This document shows, in pieces, positions 1 to 6,500 of a stretch of 10,863 nucleotides of DNA (its first letter is position 1; every line of letters starts with the position of its first letter). The notes beneath the pieces were generated by a model. It did not search any database and was not told where the DNA came from. It worked only from the letters and a program-made list of their open reading frames with translations. Both the position numbers and the translations under genes were made by a program. The stretch is taken from assembly GCA_048939625.1 (NCBI GenBank), contig JBHLPH010000044.1, forward strand, positions 1-10,863, written 5' to 3'. Source of the DNA: Promethearchaeota archaeon. GTDB lineage: Archaea > Asgardarchaeota > Hermodarchaeia > Hermodarchaeales > Hermodarchaeaceae.

Positions 1-350
1 GTGGAAATATCGATTTGTCGCACTATGAGATCTGGCATGAACCGGTTTCGGAGTACTTCAGCCACATCGACGGCGCGACTGATAGCTCGACCCCGGGCCT
101 TGATCACGAGTTCCTCAGGATTTCGGTTGAGTTGAGTGACACAGGCAGTGATATAACTCATCAAAGGTTTGCTGCCAACGAACACAACGCTTTCATCACG
201 TCGTGACTTGGGAGCTTCAGCCTTTGCTTCAGCTTTAGGCTTTGTTTCTTTTTTCGGAGCCTTTTTCGGCTTTTCCTCTTCAGCCTTAGGCTCTTCCGCT
301 TTGGCTTCTTCGGTTTTTGTAGTCTCAGCAGATTCAGTTTCTTTAGACAT
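1..350 (-). CDS. albA: DNA/RNA-binding protein Alba with ~52-aa Lys/Glu/Ala/Pro-rich N-terminal extension (3' end runs off the window)
   Basis: Manual translation of the minus strand from ATG 350: [116 protein letters not shown]... It has the Alba hallmarks VFVGxKPxMxY and [27 protein letters not shown]-like motif at 366-362; alternative in-frame ATG at 368. Confidence 0.95.
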   Translation of the reverse strand, partial: MSKETESAETTKTEEAKAEEPKAEEEKPKKAPKKETKPKAEAKAEAPKSRRDESVVFVGSKPLMSYITACVTQLNRNPEELVIKARGRAISRAVDVAEVLRNRFMPDLIVRQIDIS

Positions 351-484
351 TTTGGGAGTTTCCTCCATCTCTGGTTTTGTTGTATGCTGGTTTCACCAGT
401 TGTCCAGTGACGAGTTACAGAAAGGTCTAGGACCTCCTCCTGTAACTTGGTGAGGAGAACCGATACCCGCGTATTAACTTTAAA
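351..484 (-). promoter_or_regulatory. Putative alba promoter (TTTAAA 484-479) and structured ~105-nt 5' leader
   Basis: TATA-like TTTAAA at 484-479. Hairpin AGUUACAG/CUGUAACU (447-440/420-413) enclosing AGGUC-CUA-GACCU. Small hairpin CUGGUGAAACCAG (399-387). GGAG-GAAA-CUCC hairpin (366-355) covering the SD. Confidence 0.5.
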
Positions 485-531
485 GTGTTTGGTTTCAACC
501 CAGAAAGCTTTTTTCTAGGAATATTGAGAAA

Positions 532-1647
532 TTATTCGCCTTTCTTTTGATAAAATAGCTTATACACTATCAAAACAATGACACCGCCAACAATCGGAAT
601 AAGCATACTCAGGTGAATAAGCTGGTCAGGTGTAAATGGGAATCCCGTGGGAGTGAAAGGAGTAGGAGTCATTAATTGCGTTTCCATGAAGGCTTCGATG
701 ACCCGCCCTACTGCTTCCAGAGAATCGGGAGAACATTTATCGGGAGTGTCCTCTAGGGTGTGCCAGTATGGGTAGGAGAAATCAATGATATCGACAGCAG
801 GAATCCCTGCGGATAAGAAGGGGCGGTGATCATCAATTACATAGAGACCTGCCGAATTCAGGAAAATATCTTCGTAATTGAGATCAGCAGCAAGTTGCCA
901 GATCGAGTCCACAAGTGCTGGTGTGGATGACCGTTCTTTTGGAAGCTGAAGATCCGCATCACCCATCATATCCAATAATATTGCTGCTTGAATATTCACT
1001 TTTTGAGTTTGCGTAAGACTTTCGACAAAGTGTGTTGACCCAACAATCCAATCCCACCCGTTATAATCTCCTGAATCTTCAGCATCAACAAATAACAGCA
1101 TTGTAACTGCTTGTGCTTCATCAGGTAGTACTTCAGCCAACTCTAATAAGTTGGCAACACCACTCCCACCATCATTTGCCCCAAGAATGGGACGTGACCG
1201 ATTTAAGGGGTCGGGGTCATAGTCAGCAATTGGTCGGGTGTCATAATGAGCTAAGAGCACATAATGCGGGGATACCAGTTCACCTGCCATGATGTTCCTA
1301 AGCGGCGTGTTCAAGTAGGTCCACGTTTGTGTCTGAACGGACCAATTTAGGGATTCTAGAGTAGCAATGATATAATCTCCACAGGCCGTGAGGTTATCTG
1401 ATCCAGGTGGACGAGGACCAAAATCACATTGCGCTTCAACGTATCCGAATGCTCGAGTGCCATTAAACTCCAAAGTGACTTGGAGTGGATGTGTAGAAGT
1501 ATCAATTTCTTGACACGGCATCGTGGAATTGCTCACAGCGATTTTGACTAGTGAGATTATCAACAAAAACAACAAGATCAGGACAAGTAGTCCAATTTGA
1601 CGCGGCTGGACACGGTTCATTTGTCGATTCGATTCCTGGGTCAACAT
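532..1647 (-). CDS. M28-family zinc enzyme, glutaminyl-peptide cyclotransferase (type II QC)-like, with N-terminal signal/TM and C-terminal TM anchor
   Basis: Motifs GPRPPGS, LAHYDTRP, GANDGGSGVA.LLELA, LFVDAEDSG, ILLDMMG, DDHRPFL, YWHTLEDTPDK. Hydrophobic segments at both ends, the C-terminal one followed by QKKGE. The ORF-track start at 1797 overlaps the divergent gene, so ATG 1647 or 1620 is more likely. Confidence 0.85.
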   Translation of the reverse strand: MLTQESNRQMNRVQPRQIGLLVLILLFLLIISLVKIAVSNSTMPCQEIDTSTHPLQVTLEFNGTRAFGYVEAQCDFGPRPPGSDNLTACGDYIIATLESLNWSVQTQTWTYLNTPLRNIMAGELVSPHYVLLAHYDTRPIADYDPDPLNRSRPILGANDGGSGVANLLELAEVLPDEAQAVTMLLFVDAEDSGDYNGWDWIVGSTHFVESLTQTQKVNIQAAILLDMMGDADLQLPKERSSTPALVDSIWQLAADLNYEDIFLNSAGLYVIDDHRPFLSAGIPAVDIIDFSYPYWHTLEDTPDKCSPDSLEAVGRVIEAFMETQLMTPTPFTPTGFPFTPDQLIHLSMLIPIVGGVIVLIVYKLFYQKKGE

Positions 1648-1673
1648 ACAATCAGAAATAAAGTCAGAAAACC

Positions 1674-1688
1674 CGAAACCTATAAAAG
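1674..1688. promoter_or_regulatory. BRE/TATA element between divergent genes, possibly bidirectional
   Basis: CGAAACC-TATAAAAG on + (TATA at 1681-1688, ~40 nt before ATG 1729). The same bases read TTTTATA on -, ~35 nt before ATG 1647. Confidence 0.55.
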
Positions 1689-1728
1689 TACTGGACAGGA
1701 GCCTCAGTTTTGCCGTTAGGTGGCTTTC

Positions 1729-2115
1729 ATGTCCAAAGACGCTGATGAGTTGAAACGCATTCGGGAACGTAAGATACAAGCTCTTCTCAAAGAGCAAGAG
1801 CGCCGTGATGCAATCAAAGATGAAGTCGCCGAACGGGAAAAAGAACGTGAAAAAATCGTTGCAGCACTGTTTCTACCTGAGGCTGTTTCCTACCTGGAAG
1901 AATTGAAAAAGACCAAACCCACAATCGCCTATCGAATCGAGGATTTAGCAATCACGCTCTATCTCCGTAGACAGCTCATTAATAGAATTCCTAAAGAAGG
2001 CGTCATCTTAGTTCAGCGGAAACTTGAAGGTGTGGAACCAAAGATCACTGTGAAACGCCGAGGCGAAGATGAGGTTAGTTTCTATGAAGCAGTCAAGAAG
2101 GATTTGGCTGAGTAA
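1729..2115 (+). CDS. PDCD5/TFAR19-family double-stranded DNA-binding protein, divergent
   Basis: N-terminal DELKRIRERKIQAL, central LFLPEAVSYLEELKKTKPTIAYRIEDLAI (cf. the family pattern ILTPEARERL..L...KPE.A..VE..LI) and KITVKRR. AGGTG SD at 1718-1722 favours ATG 1729 over GTG 1720. Confidence 0.75.
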   Translation: MSKDADELKRIRERKIQALLKEQERRDAIKDEVAEREKEREKIVAALFLPEAVSYLEELKKTKPTIAYRIEDLAITLYLRRQLINRIPKEGVILVQRKLEGVEPKITVKRRGEDEVSFYEAVKKDLAE

Positions 2116-2184
2116 AATCCTCTAATATCGAATCCACTAGATTCGACCATCTATTACTGTTAATTGAACAACTGGATTAGGCAC

Positions 2185-2670
2185 CTAAAATGCCGCGACT
2201 GGTGCTTCTCCAGTTGAGGTCTCTTTTAAAACCCGACCTTGCCTATTTTGGAGCGACACTCTCACTACACTGACCGCGTTTGCACCCCACACGGTTCGTT
2301 TGACATCCCGCTCCAACATTTTTACTGCTGAATCATTGCTCAATTCCTGAAATGCATTGGAACCTAAGTGCAGCAGTAGGTGAAGGATAGTTCCGGCCTC
2401 CTGAAATAAAGGATCAGGGGCTAAATCCATATCCATGGTCTCAGGTAAGGTTACCTCGGGTTGGGGTTTCCAATTGAAGTAACGTTTGCGAGCTTCCTTC
2501 CGAATGCTGACTAATCCTGCGCAACAAAGCACTTCGATAACATCATACAATCTCCGTTTTTCTTGGAGCGGCAAGCCTAGATGCATTAGAAGCGTATTGG
2601 CAGTATACTCTTGTTCTGGATGTTCTCGCAAAAAGGTAATGACGTGACTAGCAACTTCGCCTAATTTCAT
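2185..2670 (-). CDS. Winged-helix DNA-binding protein with E2F/DP-family signature
   Basis: First ~70 aa: VASHVITFLREHPEQEYTANTLLMHLGLPLQEKRRLYDVIEVLCCAGLVSIRKEARKRYFNW. This matches the E2F/DP pattern KRR[IL]YD[IV]xNVLxxxGL[IV]x[KR]...W. A Pro/acidic linker and an ~70-aa unassigned C-terminal domain follow. GAGGA lies upstream of ATG 2670; the ORF track uses TTG 2703. Confidence 0.75.
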   Translation of the reverse strand: MKLGEVASHVITFLREHPEQEYTANTLLMHLGLPLQEKRRLYDVIEVLCCAGLVSIRKEARKRYFNWKPQPEVTLPETMDMDLAPDPLFQEAGTILHLLLHLGSNAFQELSNDSAVKMLERDVKRTVWGANAVSVVRVSLQNRQGRVLKETSTGEAPVAAF

Positions 2671-2780
2671 TTCGATATCCTCGCCCAGTCCATAATGTTC
2701 CAAGGCAAGCCGTCGGTTTCGATGATTTGAGAAAAAGCCAGCAAGCTGGCTCGAATCTCCTCATGAATTGCTTCCCTCAA
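2667..2780 (-). CDS. Possible 37-aa small ORF translationally coupled to the E2F-like gene
   Basis: TTG 2780 opens MREAIHEEIRASLLAFSQIIETDGLPWNIMDWARISK*. Its TGA overlaps the downstream ATG as ATGA (2670-2667). TATA-like TTTTTAAT at 2823-2816. No recognisable homology. Confidence 0.3.
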   Translation of the reverse strand: MREAIHEEIRASLLAFSQIIETDGLPWNIMDWARISK

Positions 2781-2951
2781 AACATTAAGCGTGTTCTTAT
2801 CCTTTCTACCTCCTAATTAAAAAGGACTGGTAATACCTTCAGAATCAATTATCAAAGACCTTAGGATCATTTTCTTCGGGTCAGGCAGTAAAAGGAGAGA
2901 GCTTAAATCAGTAAAATGCCTGCTAGAAGAGATGGGGCAATGCTGGTCGGA

Positions 2952-4193
2952 ATGCGCAAGTACCGTATTTGGTTCATTGCATCAGTTCTATTTCTTCTCC
3001 TCCTGGTAGCTATGTCGCTACCTCGGGTTTCAGCATTCCAGTATGTCCATCATTGGCGAGTCAATTTCTCTGGTTCTCTATATGTGTCAGGAAACCAATC
3101 TCTGCCAGTCTCACCATTCTGGAGTTATATCGGCAATACATCCTGGCAAACATGTGAGCAGAAATTCTTCGCAATGACGCAAAACAACGAAACAATTGTA
3201 GCTACTGGGATAGGGATTGATGACGATGGTAATCCACGTTTGTCTCTTAACTTAACGTCTCCTCTTGCCCCCCAAGATGTTCTTATTTGGGAAGAAGAAT
3301 GGATGTTTACAGTATTAGATCATCGTTCTCTTTTACCTCAGATTTCGGTTACTCAGTCTGGAAGTCTAGTTGAAGTTGAAGAGCGCATCGGCTCAGAAGA
3401 TTTCGATCTATTTACCCATAGAACTCCATTATGGGACACAACCAATACAAGCTTAACGGATTTGGCTCAGACAATCCGGGATGGCCTTCCTGAAGAAAGA
3501 CAAGATAATGTGCTTGCATTAATCTATGCTTCAATTCAATGGATTCAAGCCAATATCTTTCAATCAAGTGGAGTTACAGATCCTCAATACCCAGAAGAGC
3601 TCATCATTAGCCAAAATGGGGATTGTGATGACCAATCTAATCTTCTCATTTGTTTATTGCGAATATTTGGTATTCCTAGTTATTTGATGACTGGTCATTG
3701 GTTTCAAGAAGGAGCACGGACATATGGTTTCGTTTGGGGCTCTGTTGCCAACAATTCCTATCGGTATGTGGACTTTCAAAACGCCGTTGGTCATGGGTGG
3801 GCGATGGTTTTTGTCCCTCCATGGGGTTGGCTGCCTTTCGATTTACTATCTGTAGGAGTTGGTGTGAACCCAGCTAACACATACGCGGACTCCCTATATG
3901 CTTCAGATCGACCGTTTGTCTCCTTGTGGCAAATTGTGGCAAGTGACTATATTGGTGAAATGAGAACTGAACAGACCAATTTGTTCACGTATCAACTGCA
4001 TCGAACAGAGTACGAGGATTGGACCTCACTCGGCTCGGTTCCCATTGTTGATGCAGAATACCTTGCAGCCAATATGGTAACACTAATTGCCCTCATTATA
4101 ACACTGGGTTCTCTAACATTCTTGGTTGGACTTGCGATTCGACGGCATTCACAGGAGGACCCAAACCGTGACTCCACAGCTCCCACCCAGTAA
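2952..4193 (+). CDS. Transglutaminase-like (Cys-His-Asp) domain protein, exported and membrane-anchored
   Basis: GDCDDQSNLLICLLRIFGIPS (catalytic Cys) and GHGWAMVFVPPWGWLPFD (His and Asp). Signal peptide MRKYRIWFIASVLFLLLLVAMSLPRVSA and a C-terminal TM followed by RRH. Start is uncertain (2916, 2940 or 2952); TATA-like CTTAAAT at 2902-2908 favours the later two. Confidence 0.85.
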   Translation: MRKYRIWFIASVLFLLLLVAMSLPRVSAFQYVHHWRVNFSGSLYVSGNQSLPVSPFWSYIGNTSWQTCEQKFFAMTQNNETIVATGIGIDDDGNPRLSLNLTSPLAPQDVLIWEEEWMFTVLDHRSLLPQISVTQSGSLVEVEERIGSEDFDLFTHRTPLWDTTNTSLTDLAQTIRDGLPEERQDNVLALIYASIQWIQANIFQSSGVTDPQYPEELIISQNGDCDDQSNLLICLLRIFGIPSYLMTGHWFQEGARTYGFVWGSVANNSYRYVDFQNAVGHGWAMVFVPPWGWLPFDLLSVGVGVNPANTYADSLYASDRPFVSLWQIVASDYIGEMRTEQTNLFTYQLHRTEYEDWTSLGSVPIVDAEYLAANMVTLIALIITLGSLTFLVGLAIRRHSQEDPNRDSTAPTQ

Positions 4194-5937
4194 GCTCTAC
4201 ACAGACTATGTATTTGACGGAAAAAAAACAGCGCTTCAGTTCTGGGGACCCATACCCCGGAACATCAAAGAGGCTATCAGCCTGAGCAGTCCACTCATTC
4301 GCGCTTATAGAGAAAAACAACCCCTCTTTTCATTGGAGCGAATGAAAACTCTTTGCGACGTAATTAGAGAAACCCACCAAGCGGTGAACATGTTAACACC
4401 TCAAGTACAGGACCAGCTCCGCAAATTCGAAGAACAAGGAGCCGTGATTGAAGCTGGACACCAACCCGCTTTACTAGGAGGCCCCGGCTTTGTCATCAAC
4501 AAAATCGCAGCGATATCAAAAATTGCCTCCCTCACAAACGCTACACCAATTATGTTTGTTGGTGATCACGACCAGGAACAAAAGGAATTAACAGTGGTTC
4601 ATCTCCCCAGTCCCGGACCACGAGGGCTCACATTTTCTTTACCAATTAATCGTGAGTATAGGATGTCACCAATGCATCTGTTACCTTTGCCATCTAAAAA
4701 TTGGTTAAAACCAGTGATTGAAAAGGTATCCTCAACTTATCACGAGCTCGTAGCAAGCTCTGCGAAGAATAAACTCAACTTATACGAAGAACGAGCAACT
4801 ATTATTGCAAAAATAATTGAACAAACTTTTAACCAAGCCCGAACAATTGCTGATTGGACAATCCGCCTTTGGATGCAAATTATCAACCAATCACAAGATT
4901 CGGGCGTTTTGTTCCATGTATTTTCGAACCCATCGGTTCGAGAGCTAATGCTACCAGCTTTTGAATATCTCCTCACTGAACCAAACCGACAAAAATTCAT
5001 CCAAGCGCTAAATCAGAGTGCTGAAAAACTTGAACACCTTGGTTATGAACCAGGGATTGGCAGAAGAACACCCGATTATGTACCGTTTCATCTGGAGTGT
5101 CCTACCAAAGGGTGCCATCGAACACGCCTAGATCCAACTCTCTCACTGAACACTAAAAAAACACAAACCACAATTTCTGCAACCTGTCCGAAATGTAAAA
5201 ACACACATCAACTAGAAATCAAATCAACCAACCCGGATTTAACAGAATGGAAACTATATCTCTCGCCACGTGTCGACACCCGAGCATTCCTGGTACAAAG
5301 TTATACACCAGTGATTCTTCATGTGGGAGGAGCGGGAGAAACCAGTTATCATGCTCAAGTCTCGCCAGCTCTCCAGGCGAATAACAGTATTGTTCCAATT
5401 TTTTTCCGTTATACACGGCTTTATTACGAAAACCCTTGGACGACCCGCACTGCTCAACGTCTCACCAAAGAGCAGTTAATCCCATTAAGCCATAAAGAAT
5501 TGAAACACTTTGAAACCACCATTAAAACTGGTTATGCCAAAGAGGATAACGGGGTTATTCACTCTCTTTTTGCAGCCAGTGAAGAACACATCATGGAAAC
5601 AGCTGAACGCCTTATTAGAACTGAAACCCAATTAGAAGACGAAAGACATGAAATTATCCTGCAACAACGAGAAAGTGCTGATTCCACTCAAAAGAAGGAA
5701 AGCCAAATACAGATTGGAGTTCTCACACGCCGACGCCAGGTTCTGCAGACGTATCTATCACAAATGTTCGGACGTTACTCCGTTGAGCGCTTAGGCCAAG
5801 AGGTGAGTTTCATCTGGGTTGATGCCTCGATGTCCATGGACCCACGACTCCATTTCAGTAGACTCTGCAATCATTATCAGGAATATACCCCAGCGGCAGC
5901 GACCGCCTATCTCACGGATCTACCTTTCCAAAACTAG
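4168..5937 (+). CDS. bshC: Bacillithiol biosynthesis cysteine-adding enzyme BshC-like protein with Zn-ribbon insertion
   Basis: SKLYTDY, VIEAGHQPALLGGPGFVINKIAAI, MFVGDHDQE and LSPRVDTRAFLVQSYTPVILHVGGAGETSYHAQ correspond to the BshC motifs TGQQ..L.GGP.Y...K, EDHD and SPNV..RP..Q....P...Y.GGPGE..Y.AQ. C-terminal coiled-coil-like region; adjacent to bshA and bshB. GGAGG at 4154-4158 supports GTG 4168. Confidence 0.82.
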   Translation: MTPQLPPSKLYTDYVFDGKKTALQFWGPIPRNIKEAISLSSPLIRAYREKQPLFSLERMKTLCDVIRETHQAVNMLTPQVQDQLRKFEEQGAVIEAGHQPALLGGPGFVINKIAAISKIASLTNATPIMFVGDHDQEQKELTVVHLPSPGPRGLTFSLPINREYRMSPMHLLPLPSKNWLKPVIEKVSSTYHELVASSAKNKLNLYEERATIIAKIIEQTFNQARTIADWTIRLWMQIINQSQDSGVLFHVFSNPSVRELMLPAFEYLLTEPNRQKFIQALNQSAEKLEHLGYEPGIGRRTPDYVPFHLECPTKGCHRTRLDPTLSLNTKKTQTTISATCPKCKNTHQLEIKSTNPDLTEWKLYLSPRVDTRAFLVQSYTPVILHVGGAGETSYHAQVSPALQANNSIVPIFFRYTRLYYENPWTTRTAQRLTKEQLIPLSHKELKHFETTIKTGYAKEDNGVIHSLFAASEEHIMETAERLIRTETQLEDERHEIILQQRESADSTQKKESQIQIGVLTRRRQVLQTYLSQMFGRYSVERLGQEVSFIWVDASMSMDPRLHFSRLCNHYQEYTPAAATAYLTDLPFQN

Positions 5938-5987
5938 GACATGGTAAGCATATTTCTACTCTTTTCCAATTCGTCCATTTGATGAAA

Positions 5988-6500
5988 ATGGATTTTCTTG
6001 ATGTTATTAAAGGTCGACGAAGTATACGAAAATACCTTCCCAAGGAGGTTGAAAAGGAGAAGATTGACACAATCCTTGAAGCAGCCCAATGGGCTCCTTC
6101 AGCCTCAAATAAGCAACCTTGGCATTTCGTTGTTGTCCAAGACTCTGATACACGCACACGCCTTAGTGAATTACACACGCATGGCCGATTCATGAAGCAG
6201 TCGCCCATCGTAATCGCTGTCTTAGGAAACCCAGCAGTTCATCCGAAATACTACCTATGTGACCCACATCAAGCTGTGCAAAACATTATACTTACCGCCT
6301 ATTGGCTCGGATTAGGATCTTGTTGGATGGGAGTTCGAGGAGCGGACTTTGAAAAGGATATGAAAGAAGTTCTTGGAGTACCTGAAGAATTCACCATTCT
6401 CTGTACAATCTCGATTGGATACCCCGATGAAAAACGAGAAAGTAGTCGTCAACCAATAAACGAATTAGTGTCATGGGAACGTTACGGGAAGCAAGGTTAA
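5988..6500 (+). CDS. Nitroreductase family FMN-dependent oxidoreductase
   Basis: IKGRRSIRKY, ILEAAQWAPSASNKQPWHFVVV, QNIILTAYWLGLGSCWMG, ISIGYP. Alternative starts at 5979 and 5982. Confidence 0.93.
   Translation: MDFLDVIKGRRSIRKYLPKEVEKEKIDTILEAAQWAPSASNKQPWHFVVVQDSDTRTRLSELHTHGRFMKQSPIVIAVLGNPAVHPKYYLCDPHQAVQNIILTAYWLGLGSCWMGVRGADFEKDMKEVLGVPEEFTILCTISIGYPDEKRESSRQPINELVSWERYGKQG

Noticed and set aside
15-453. ORFs 15..206 (+) and 169..453 (+)
   Set aside because: Antisense shadows of the Alba gene; the Ser/Phe/Ala richness mirrors the Lys/Glu/Ala codons on the other strand.
1648-1797. N-terminal extension of the M28 ORF to 1797
   Set aside because: Overlaps the divergent PDCD5-like gene and its promoter; the signal/TM segment begins only after Met 1647/1620.
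2807-2813. Strong SD-like AGGAGGT on the minus strand
   Set aside because: No start codon at usable spacing, and it lies immediately next to the putative TATA box, probably upstream of the TSS.
2671-2951. Canonical E2F site (TTTSSCGC) upstream of the E2F-like gene
   Set aside because: Looked for by eye on both strands and not found in this interval.
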